Positions 37,161 to 48,600 are shown, counted from the stretch's first letter. The stretch: DNA of 64,000 nucleotides from Azolla caroliniana (GCA_043228905.1 JBHGNT010000116.1:14315-78314), one strand, 5' to 3'. Made by a program: numbers and translations. The notes: generated by a model from the sequence alone, not told the origin.

Positions 37161-40100
37161 TGTCGTAGTGTATTTCGTACACTACGTGAAAAAGTAAAAA
37201 TAATATAACCGATTTAATTACATATAAATAAATAAAATAATATATCAAGATATTTATCACGTGCATAGGGCAGGATTTGAACCCTGTACCTCCACGTAGC
37301 CAAACCTCAACTTTACCATTATACTACCTTATCTTTAGTGTTTTATAAATAGATTTAATAACTATAACTGCTTTATTTGCACCTACCTTTATTAAAAGGT
37401 AAATCGTGCATTTTTAGAGTGCGTGAATATTTTATAGAAAAACGCAAGCAACTAAAAAGTGACTCATGCACATCTAGCGTGCATGAGCACTATATTTAGC
37501 AAATAAAAGCGCATGAACATATTAGAAAAAAAAGCATGTAGCTATGCTTAGTCTCTCCCATCACTACATAAGGATGGGGAGCACAATGTAATAGGTGTGT
37601 GAAATATTTGGAAATTGGATATATTTCCGAAAACACCAACCGATTAATATAATCGTGGGATTCACGAAAATAATATAATCTATACTTGTGGGATTCACAA
37701 GTTTCTTATATCTTTCTTTCAATCTAAATACATATTCTTATCTAAATATTGATTAATCGAATACAATACACTCGTGGGATTCACGAAATTTCTATCTCTC
37801 TTTCTAATAATCTATTCATTACTAGCCTCATCTCATATTCTTCTTTCTCCTAGTCCAAAACCTCGGTGGTTCCCACCCGACTCACGCAAACGATCCGGAG
37901 CCGAAAGGCACGACACATTTGGTGAACCCGACATGAAGGCGGGTGGCAAGGAGATGGAGAATCAACAAGAGGCAATGAGCATAACGATGATGATGATGTT
38001 CGAGCGGATGCTACAAGAACAACGAGTGATGTCGGAGATCACGGGGGTAGTAAAGCGGCTCGTACAACGAAACGGACAATTCAACGGAAACGATGTGTCA
38101 TGCTATCTACGTGACTACAAGGCGGAGATGATACGATGTGGGATACCGGAAGGATTGCAAGTGACATCCTTCAATCGGGTGGCCACGAATGAGCTACAAG
38201 AAAGAATCTACAAGATACGGCAACAAAACTCGACATGGGGGTCATTCGAAGAAGCTTTACGAGAGACATATGATTACAAGAGATCAAAGGGACAAGATCG
38301 GCGAAAATTCGACGAATGGGTGGCATCGGAGAAGACCCACCGAAGTGCAACACAAGCATTCCTAGAGTTCGAGCATCGTCTTGCTCAACTCTCGGAGCGG
38401 GAACAACGATTGGTGGGGGAGGATAAAGTCCTAATGTTCGTAAAATCGATCGATCGAAAAGAAAGGAAGGACATCGGGATTGAACTCGAAGACGATGACG
38501 GTACGAATGGTCTTACTGAAGATTGGGCCGAAGTCCAAAGGGTATGCCGGAGACATGATGAGAGGAAGATGAGAATCTTGTCAACGACATGGCCGATGAA
38601 GGATGGTCGATTGAAGACAAACGATGGAGCCGATATGAAGGCCGAAATACAACATGATGGTGCGACGGAAGAGGGTGTAAAACAAGCTACCCTCTTGTCT
38701 TGCGAAAGAACGATGGCGAAGGATAAGGCCGATAACCCAAGTGTAGAAGAAGATTTCGGAATACAAGTGTCCGAAACATCGGGTGAAAAAGGGGTAAGCA
38801 TAATTGATGTTTGCATAATTGATGCAGTGAAAGAGAGCAAGGAGGACTTGATTGAGGAGGTCGCCACGAAAGATGACATCGAATCGAAGGTGGCTATGGA
38901 CGAATCAACGACGGATGGCCATATCGAGACTTCCCCACCACTGATTCTAGAGACTCCGGCGGTTGCGTTCGAAAGGCAACGTGAGACCGAAGAGACGGAA
39001 GGTGGCGGAGAGAAAACAAAGGTCAAAGTCGATGCATACGACGGAGAGATAGCCGAGAATATGGCTATGGGTGAAACAATGGAGGATGATAATACCGAGG
39101 ATTCCTACCCACTAATTCTAGAGACTTCGGCAGTTGTGTCCGAGAACCAACGTGAGACCGGAGAGACGGGAGGTGGCAGCAAGAAAGGTAAAGTCGGAAG
39201 CCGGTTTGGATGGAAGGTGATCCGGACGGGATTCCGATCCGAAAGAAAGCCGACCCGAAAAGGGGTCGACTCGGTCAAAACCGATCGATTGAGTCTGACT
39301 TGGCCGAACGTGAATATGGATGGAAGCCAACCTAGCCGAAAGCCGATCGGACGAGACCGATCCAAAAAGAAGCTAATCCGACTCAACCGGAGGTTGGACC
39401 GGTCGAGGCTGGTGAAAACGAGGAAAAGAAAGCCAACCGAAACCGAAACCGATAGATCGAAACCGGGCCGGAAGGAGACCGACTCAATCGAAACCGAACA
39501 ACAGATTCCGATTCGGCCGAATACGAATCCGATCGGAAGCCGATCAAACCGAAAGTTGATCGGACGAGAGCGATCCGGAAAAAAGTCAAGGTTGATGAAG
39601 ACAAGAAAGAGGCCAGTAAAAGACACTACCACGAATGACAAGGGCCAAGAATATGACGAGAGAGAACAAAGAATATGGTGGATCGGATGGCGACAATGGT
39701 TCGGGTGGAAAGAATGGGTCTACTCAAAATGGAGAGACAAAGTTGACATAGCGGGACAAACGGAGGATGAAGGGGAGACAACGAGCATCGGCAACTTCGG
39801 CACATACCGGAGGATGTGCGGGTTCGGAGGGGGCGAGTGTCGTAGTGTATTTCGTACACTACGTGAAAAAGTAAAAATAATATAACCGATTTAATTACAT
39901 ATAAATAAATAAAATAATATATCAAGATATTTATCACGTGCATAGGGCAGGATTTGAACCCTGTACCTCCACGTAGCCAAACCTCAACTTTACCATTATA
40001 CTACCTTATCTTTAGTGTTCTATAAATAGATTTAATAACTATAACTGCTTTATTTGCACCTACCTTTATTAAAAGGTAAATCGTGCATTTTTAGAGTGCG

Positions 40101-40592
40101 TGAATATTTTATAGAAAAACGCAAGCAACTAAAAAGTGACTCATGCACATATAGCGTGCATGAGCACTATATTTAGCAAATAAAAGCGCATGAACATATT
40201 AGAAAAAAAAGCATGTAGCTATGCTTAGTCTCTCCCATCACTACATAAGGATGGGGAGCACAATGTAATAGGTGTGTGAAATATTTGGAAATTGGATATA
40301 TTTCCGAAAACACCAACCGATTAATATAATCGTGGGATTCACGAAAATAATATAATCTATACTTGTGGGATTCACAAGTTTCTTATATCTTTCTTTCAAT
40401 CTAAATACATATTCTTATCTAAATATTGATTAATCGAATACAATACACTCGTGGGATTCACGAAATTTCTATCTCTCTTTCTAATAATCTATTCATTACT
40501 AGCCTCATCTCATATTCTTCTTTCTCCTAGTCCAAAACCTCGGTGGTTCCCACCCGACTCACGCAAACGATCCGGAGCCGAAAGGCACGACA
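37161..40592 (+). mobile_element. Element G: intact non-autonomous Gag-only LTR element (TR-GAG-like), 3432 bp
   Basis: 755-bp AT-rich LTRs at 37161-37915 and 39838-40592 (2 differences seen); TSD ACGT; PBS TGGTGAACCCGACATGAA at 37920-37937; PPT GGAGGGGGCGAG. Confidence 0.95.
37933..39885 (+). CDS. Gag capsid-like protein with long acidic then basic low-complexity tail (~650 aa)
   Basis: In-frame ATGs at 37933 and 37954 within ORF 37774-39885; FNGNDVSCYL..Y, WGSFEEAL, KVLMFVKSID, GLTEDW; no CCHC knuckle or protease; stop lies in the 3' LTR. Confidence 0.8.
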   Translation: MKAGGKEMENQQEAMSITMMMMFERMLQEQRVMSEITGVVKRLVQRNGQFNGNDVSCYLRDYKAEMIRCGIPEGLQVTSFNRVATNELQERIYKIRQQNSTWGSFEEALRETYDYKRSKGQDRRKFDEWVASEKTHRSATQAFLEFEHRLAQLSEREQRLVGEDKVLMFVKSIDRKERKDIGIELEDDDGTNGLTEDWAEVQRVCRRHDERKMRILSTTWPMKDGRLKTNDGADMKAEIQHDGATEEGVKQATLLSCERTMAKDKADNPSVEEDFGIQVSETSGEKGVSIIDVCIIDAVKESKEDLIEEVATKDDIESKVAMDESTTDGHIETSPPLILETPAVAFERQRETEETEGGGEKTKVKVDAYDGEIAENMAMGETMEDDNTEDSYPLILETSAVVSENQRETGETGGGSKKGKVGSRFGWKVIRTGFRSERKPTRKGVDSVKTDRLSLTWPNVNMDGSQPSRKPIGRDRSKKKLIRLNRRLDRSRLVKTRKRKPTETETDRSKPGRKETDSIETEQQIPIRPNTNPIGSRSNRKLIGRERSGKKSRLMKTRKRPVKDTTTNDKGQEYDEREQRIWWIGWRQWFGWKEWVYSKWRDKVDIAGQTEDEGETTSIGNFGTYRRMCGFGGGECRSVFRTLREKVKII

Positions 40593-40810
40593 ACGTGTAC
40601 CCTAGACCCCCTGTCATGCCGCAGAACCGGGCAGGGATGATCATCGCCACCTATGAAGGGATCAAGGTGGATTGGCCGGTATTGATCGCAAACGGGTTGT
40701 GTGTGGCGATCGAGATCGTCAGAGGCAAAGATGGCAAAGAAGGCCAAGACGGATGGAGGATATGGCACGCCGTAACGCAGTGGCTCACCTTGCTTGTGCC
40801 ACCCGTCCAG

Positions 40811-42092
40811 TGTGGTCCGCACTTCCACCGGCTTCTCCGGTTCCGGCTCCGTCGAGAGCCTCTTACGCTTCACCAAGTCTACGATAGAGTCGTGGAACTC
40901 CCTCTTGGCGATTCCCAACACCTCCCGCAACGACAATTCCACTAAACTGTCAAGGATTCGCTCTTCAAGGACCTTCCGTAGGTCTGTTGCTCTCTCGATT
41001 TCGGTGCTCAACCGAAACCCCGCCTGCTTCTTCCCATCAGGCACGCCTGGGTTGCCGGCACCGGTCGGTTTCGGGGGGCCAACCCCTCTGGCCTTTCCTG
41101 CCCGTTTGTCCTCCACCAGAACCTCGTAGTTCTGGCAAGCGGCTTCTGCGAAGCCCGTTTTCTCTTCGACCAGATCGTCCCAACCGGTGACCTCCTGGAC
41201 CCGCTGTTCCGCGCGGTCCGCCTCTTCCTTCCTCAACCGAACTCCGGAGAGGCCTTCTAGCACTAGCGGCCAAAATCCGGAGTCCTTCGCCTTCCGGGTC
41301 TCATCACCCCTGACCCGAATTCCGCTGATACTGAGTAGTTAACGGCTTCGACGTGCTGTGCCGCGGCCTCTTCCATCAACCTCTTCATTCCGTCGCGCCC
41401 CGTATTCAGTTCTAGGGCTCTCCGGGTCTCGCTCGCGTGCACCCGCCCGTTCCAAAGGTACACCACGTTGGTCCTGAGCGCGTCGGCGAAATCCGCACAA
41501 TCCTTCCGAATGTGACCGATCGCGTCACACCACATGCACCGTTGCCCAGCCTACGGCCTCCGGTCGCGAGGTTGTTCACCGCTGTCTCTTCGGGCCTGTG
41601 CGATCTGCAGGTCGCGCACCATCTGTGTTAGCTCCTCTAGAGCCGCTCCTCCAGATGGGCCTCTGACCACGTCGTTCGATGCCTACCCCGACTCCGGCCA
41701 GATTCGGGTCTCTTCCTTCCTCCCAGCCGGCACCGAAACCGGTTCCTCGAGCCTCCTCCCCGGGACCGGCCCCGACCCCGACGTGCTTCCATCGCTCCAA
41801 TCTCGCCGTTTGTCGAAACGGCTGCAGACCCATTTTACCACGGCCCAGTCCGTCGTGAGCCCTTCGTCCGTTTCCAATAGGGGTCCCACCTTTTCCTTGT
41901 CGAGCGCATCCACCGACTTGACAAACACCAGTACTCGACTTGTTTCGAGCACCGTCCGGTCCAGCGTCAACAGCCGCGCGAACCGTTTTTCGAACTCTTG
42001 GAGGAGCACCGTCGTGTTCCTCCCTTTTCCGGGGCTTTCCACCCACGCCATGAAGTCCCGCCTCGACAGCCGGAGCAAGTCGTCAAACCTGT
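40811..42092 (-). pseudogene. Element F gag, central part
   Basis: ORFs 41683-42078, 41263-41535 (CMWCDAIGHIRKDC) and 40559-41263; the N-terminus lies at 51402-51711. Confidence 0.85.
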
Positions 42093-42865
42093 TGTCGTGA
42101 AGAAAACCGTCCCTTAGAGCAATCGGTGCATATCACGCGTGAATCGGCTCTTCACGCGTGCGCGCCCCTTAATGTATATAATAGAGAATTAGGTACATAG
42201 GTGTATCTTGGGTAGTTAGATTCGGTAGGTGGGAAGTAAATGAGGGAGATGGCTCCCTTCTTGAAGCTATAAAAGAGAGGGAGACGCGGGGGAGAAGGGG
42301 ATCGCGCATTGAGGAGGACGAAGTGCTGTCGGACCGTAACCGAACGTTTCTCCTCTGTTTGTTCTCCATTGCTCTTCTCTGCAGGTTTTCGGGAGGCTCG
42401 CGCTGCTTCGAGGAACGCCCGTGTGCTTCCGGCAGCACCTCCATCCTTTTTCCCTTTCGTGCGCAGACAAACAGGCATCGGCATCTGTTCGCCGACCTGT
42501 TCAGTTGTAACCGCTCGCGTGCTCTGTTGTGTATTTGTTATTCGTTAATATACAAACTTTCGTGTCTCTCTGTCTCTGTGTCCATTCGTGTTTTTTGCGT
42601 TGACGGGCCGTGTCCCTGTGTTCTTTGCTCATACGTAACCGGTCGTCTCTCTCTTTCTCTTTCCCCTCCTATCACCTGCTCTTCGGTTCAAGACCCCGGC
42701 GGTCCCGCCTCGTTTCTCCACGCACGTGCGTAGTAACGCGACATATTTGGTGAACCCGACATGAACAAGGCGGCAGAGGAGCAGAAGATGAGGGGGTCGG
42801 ATCTTGCAGAGGCCATGGCTTCGGCCGTGGACCGGATAGTGAACGCGCGCGAGGGCACCAGCACC

Positions 42866-45617
42866 ATAGATGAGGCCGATATCTACGAAGCAATGGACGC
42901 CACTTCGAGAGTGGGCGAAATTTTCGGGACGCGGTTGCCCGAAACGTTCTACGAGGATTTCGCGAGCATACTCGAGGCTTGTGAAATCGAGGAAGAAGAG
43001 GAGGTTTGTAGCGGACGGAGGCGAGATCCCTCGACACCGGGGCCGGAGACTTCGGCGGTTGCGCCCGAGCGCGGACATAAGACCGGGGAGATGGGCGGTG
43101 GCCGTGAGGATGAGAGGCCTGGAGTGGGCACGTGCGAAAAGACCGAAGGAGAGGTCCGGAGCGGCATCGAGGAGCGAGTCGAGAACCGACCCGACCGAAA
43201 GATGAGCCGGTCGGTAATCCGACCTGACCGGGAGGCGGAGCGGAAGAAGTGTGAAGCGGGGGCCAATCAACCGGGCACGAACCGAAGGAAGCCGGCAAGA
43301 ACGGGATTGTTTGATCGATTCGTAGCCGGCCGGGTACGGTTACGGTGGGAGCCGGTGAGAGCGAGGAGGCCTAGTGGGCACGGTGATCACGGCTTGATAG
43401 AAAACCGAGTGCGGAGGATCCTTCACACCGGTTCTAGAGACTTCGGCAGTCGGCAACGCGGTCGATGTAAGACCAAGATACTGACGGTGGCGGCGAGGTG
43501 ACAAAGACAATGGGCATAAGGAAGTCCGGTCCTACGGGATCCCCACACTTAACCAGAGACTCTGGCAATTCGGCCAACGTGGCAACATGAGACCGAGAGA
43601 GAAGGTTGGTGGCGGCGGGAAACAGGACCTAGCTACGCGGAAGGCATGAGGAGAGTCCGGGAGGGACTCGAACAAAAGGCACCCGACTTACGGCAAGCAT
43701 AGAAACGGAGTCCGGTCCTATGGGACCCTCACACCGATCCGGAGGCTTCGGCAGTTCGGCCAACGTGGCAACGTGAGACCGAGGGAGAAGGACGGTGGCA
43801 GCAGGGAACGGGACCCGACGACACGAGGTATCGGAAGGAGCCGATAGGGGTGAACACGGGGAGGTGTGTCAGGTCGGAAAGGCACACCTTGGACAAAACA
43901 AGAGTCTCGCGAGTGGCCATCACGGGCCGGATCGAAGCGTGACTACAGGACGGTGTTCGGCGCGGGCGGGGCCGAACAAAGGAAGCGGAGGACGGCACAA
44001 GGGAGGTGCCAAGAACGAAGGGACAAGTGCCTAGTGGACTGCATAGGGTCGAAGTCAGGATGGCAAGAGAGGCCGGAGGAGGATCCTCCACACTCGCTTC
44101 GTAGATCTCGATAGCTCCGTCGAAGTTACAAAGACTGACACAGCAAGCCGGGGTGACAAGCTGGTGGGGGCGAGGGGACGACGGCAAGCGGAGGACTCAG
44201 GACCTGTTGTAGCAGCACGACGACGGAAGGGCCAAGCGGGCTACTGTGGGGTGTTCCTCGGATGCAAAGGACACCGGTATGCGGGAGAACATCGATGCAC
44301 GATCAGGCCGGAAAGGGGCCGACGAGGAGTGCAACACGGGCAGTGCCAAACAACAGACGAGGGTAGGTGGCACACGGAGGTGCCGGAGCGGAAAGGCGAG
44401 CGCGAAGAAGGCCGGAAAGGGATCTTCCACACCATTCCGGAGACCATGGCAGTTCGAGCCGACGCGGCGATGTAAGACCATGGAGAAGGAAGGTGGCGGC
44501 GGAAGGACGAAGGCGATGTGAGAACCATCGGGACATCACGATTCGATAACGGAGGCCAAGCAGGCTGCCACGGGCATTCCTCTACCGGAGGACATCAGGC
44601 ATACGGCGGGAAGCGGGGCGTTCATACAGCCGAACAAGGCCCAACGGAAGAACACGTGCTACGGAGATTGCTGCAGAGGACCCATCCACGGGTCGAACGA
44701 GCCTACGGGGAGGCGAGCGCAAAGGAAGACTCGAAGCCGCCGGATCAAACCGGCAGCGAGCCGAGATGCGGATCACGGGAGACCGGTTTCTCGCCGGCCG
44801 AAATCTCTCACCCTTCAGCCAGATTTGGCACGTACCGGTGGACGTGCAGTTAGGTGGGGGCGGATGTCGTGAAGAATTTCGGCCATAGGCGAAAACCGGG
44901 AAACATTGTCTACATCGGCGGGGTGCAGCGTGTGTACGCACCCATGTACATTTGGTGTGAATATCGAGGGCGCCTTTATGGCGCCGAAGAGTAGTCAAGT
45001 CAGGACAGACGATCCCATGAAAGTCGGGATTTGTCCCACATTGTAACGCATCCCTCTCCTTGTTCTATAAAAGGGAGGGAACGCCCTTTGTAAAAGGGTT
45101 GCCCATTTTGGATTAGAGGGTATACCGGTAGGTTTAGGGTTAGGGTTCTTCTGCTTCTTCTTCTTCCCCTTCGTGTTCGTTTAGGGTTGGCTGCAGCTTG
45201 TCTCCTGTGCAAGACCCCACTCGGCGCGACGAGCCCGAGAGCTCCCCGACGGCGGCTTGACAGCAGACGACTGTTGTAAACTATCTTGGTCCGGCTCGAA
45301 GCCGGGAGTGTCTTCTTCTTATATATATATACATATACGTTTGCGTCTGTCTGTGTATATTGGCGTCTTGTTGGTGTCGAGTGCTCCCCTCTTTCCCTGC
45401 GTTTCCTGTACAAGAGGGCGTGGGTGCGTGCGTGAGTGCGTGTGTGTGTGTGTGCGTGAGTCGGTGTTAAGCACGCTCTCTCTCCCTTCGGTTGCTTCCG
45501 GTGTGTTTCTGAGATGCCCCAAAAGTCGTGAAGCACGACTTCCTACGCTCCGTCGGCCCTTAGTCCAAGACCCCCGTGGTCCCGCCTTTCTCCACGCACG
45601 CGTGTAATAACGCGACA
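42866..45617 (+). mobile_element. Element I: 5'-truncated B-like non-autonomous element with a single 3' LTR (44865-45617)
   Basis: Body is homologous to B 6628-8600; PPT and B-type LTR present; no 5' LTR or PBS; flanked by a 21-bp duplication (42845-42865 and 45618-45638). Confidence 0.82.
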
Positions 45618-48600
45618 GCGCGCGAGGGCACCAGCACCCTTGACAGGGCTATTGAGGCAATCATCGGTATGATCGACCGGTTCAGTGGAAAGGATGCCAC
45701 GAGTTATTTGGCGTCCTACCGAGCGGAGATGTTGATGAGGGATATTCCGGAAGAGAGGCGTCTTGCCGGATTCCCTCGAGTGGCGATGCCGGGTTTGCAT
45801 GTGGAGGTGCTCGAGGTCCGGACGGAGAGCCGGACTTGGGAAGAGTTCGAAGGACGGCTCCTGGAGAAATACGGGCTGGATGACGCGCTTTGACTTTCGA
45901 AGCGAGGCTTCATGGAGTGGGTGGAGTCCCCCAACAAATGAAGAAATGCGTCGGCACTCCTCCAGGAGTTTGAGGATCACTTTGTGCGCCTTTCGGCGCT
46001 CGATCGGACCGTTCTGGACACAAGTCGTGTCCTACTGTTTGTCAAATCGGTTGACGCACATGATCGGGAGCAAGTGGGCTCCTTACTGGAAACCGAAGAC
46101 GGGCTGACGGCCGAGTGGGCCGCGGTAAAAAGAGTCTGCGGCCGTTTTGACAAACGGTGGGAGTGGGCTGATACAGGGGCGACCGGGGCGGGTCCTATCG
46201 CAGCAAGGAATCTCGAACCAATACCGCAGGCGCGACGGGAAGAGACCCGGGAGTGGCCCGAAACCGGTTCGGCTCCGACCGGCGTGTTCAGAGGCTCGTC
46301 CGGGGGGACAGCTTTGGAGGAGTTGACACGGGCGGTAAAGGATCTCCAGATCGCCCAGGCTCGGAGGGAAGGCGGCGATCAGGCTCGTCACCGACGGCCT
46401 CCGGCAGGAAATAGGTGCATGTGGTGCGACGAGGTCGGCCACATCCGGAAAGACTGCGGGGACTTTGCGGAGGCTTTGAGAAGCCGGGTAGTGTACCTGT
46501 GGGAAGGTCGGGTGCACGCCAGCGATACCCGGAGGGCCCTGAACCGAAACGACGGGCGAGGAGGAATGAAAAGGCTGATGGAAGAGGCGGCGGCCCGGTC
46601 GAAGAAAAGACGGGTTTCGTCGAAGCAGCTTGCCAGAACTATGAGGCTCTGGTTGAAGATAAACGGGTAGGTAAAACCGGAGGGGCCGGACCCTCACAAA
46701 GATACGAAACCCGATTCGGGCCGAAACGGAACGAGGCCGGTGAGTCTAGTGCCCGGGATAACCACAAGAAGGGCGGATACCGTTTGGGCACGGAGATCGA
46801 AAGGACCACGGACCTACGAAAGGTCCTGGAAGAACGAATCCTCGACAGCAAGGTGGAACTGTCGTTGCGGGAGGTGCTCGGAATCACCAAGAAGGAGTTC
46901 CACGACTCCATCGTAGACTTGGTGAAGAGGAAGAGGCTGTCGACGAAGGCAGAACCGGAAAGGCCGGTGGAGGTGCGGACGACACACATAGAGGACATGG
47001 CGCTGGAAGACGAGTGGGCGGACAACCACTATTCGAGGCCACACTGGGCCCGAGCGACCACAGAAACCCCGGTGAAGATCGAAGATGTTCAGGAACCGGT
47101 GGTGGCGCTGGTGGACCACGGTTCGGAAATAAACCTGATGTCCATGGACTTCTACAAGAAGGGGAAATGGCCAATCAACACCAAGCACGGGTGGAAGATA
47201 CGGGCGGCGACGCGCGCCATCGAGGAACTACACGGGGCCTGCCCAAACGTGCGAGTCAAGATCGGCGACGTCGAGATAGACCAGCACTTCTTCGTGCAGG
47301 AGACGTCCTCGCACCCGGTCATACTGGGAGAACCGTACATTATGGCAGCGCGAATGGAGACCAAGCTGCTGGACAACGGGTCGGCTTACGCGAGGGTCAA
47401 GAGTCAGGACATGCATCATTCTGTCCAGTTCCTAACGGTGCGACCGAACCACGAGTGAAACCGCGAGTCCCTCGGTGGCGAGAACCGAGAGGATTTTTAG
47501 AGAGGGCTATCAAGGCGTGGGGCCGCGACAGTCCGGACACTCCGGGAAAACCCCACAAATGCACGATAGAGGCGAAACCAAAGAAACCTTGTACCATAAG
47601 AAGGAAGTTTTGTGGACCGGAAGGTAAGGCCAGTCACAGCACCCTTACCGGAGGGCAACGAGTTGCGAATCAAGGGGGTCGCGTCAGACCCCAGTTTACG
47701 AGATCCGGCCTGCATAGGACACGCCTTCACCAACAGAACGCTACGGGAGCTCAAAATCGGTGGGGGCGGGTTCCTACTACCGGCGGAAGAAGACCAGTTT
47801 CGGAGAATGCTCGGAAGGCATGGGAAAGCCTTCGCATTCTCACCGGGAGAGATCGGGTGCGTAGACCCGACGGTCGTGAAGCCGATGCTGATATTCACGG
47901 TACCGCATGTGCCATGGAATCTCAAACCAATTCCGGTACCGAGAGCTCACATCCCGGAGCTGATGGAGCTGTTAAGGCAGAAAATCGATATGGGCATCCT
48001 CGAAACGTCGAGTGCCCCGTACTCGAACCGGTGGTTTACTGTACCGAAGAAGAACGGGACGTTGCGCTTCATTCAAGACCTGCAACTGGTCAACAGAGTG
48101 ACCATTCGAAACGCAGGAATCGGACCAACAATAGATGAGTTTGCAAAGGCCTTCGCCAGAAGGTCGATCTACTCGGTCGGTGATCTGTACTCGGGGTACG
48201 ATCAGTTCCAACTAGCCGTAGAGAGCAGAGACATTACGACGATGCGGACTCCTCTCGGCCTAGTGCGGATGTGTACCCTGCCACAAGGAGGGACAAACTC
48301 GGTGGCCCACATGGTGAATGCGATGAACAAGGTGCTGAGGGATTGTATCCCGGACATCACCATGTCATTCTTGGACGACATCCCGATCAAGGGATGTCCG
48401 GTGGAGAAAAAGGATGAAACGATCGGACCGGACGGATGCCGGAGATTCGTGGCGACACACATTGACGACTGCGAGAGGGTGCTGCAAAGGCTAGAGGACG
48501 CGAGGCTCACCTTCTCCGGGGAGAAATCGGCCTTCGGGCAATCAGAGATCATGGTCATCGGACATCTATGCGGACCGTATGGCCGGAAACCGTCTCCGGC

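Larger units (their letters stand above)
37016..40810 (+). other. Foreign ~360-bp coding-like fragment (37016-37160 plus 40597-40810) replacing PR-RT of F, split by element G
   Basis: Removing G and one ACGT restores a stop-free frame: GLPEGGI...EYGHVYPRPPVMPQNRAGMIIATYEGIKVDWPVLIANGL...QWLTLL. Confidence 0.7.

Noticed and set aside
37774-37932. Signal-peptide-like N-terminus (MGFTKFLSLFLIIYSLL...) of the 703-aa ORF, suggesting an env gene
   Set aside because: It starts at a GTG inside the T-rich LTR and recurs at 40451 in the 3' LTR. The protein body is Gag-like with no transmembrane anchor.
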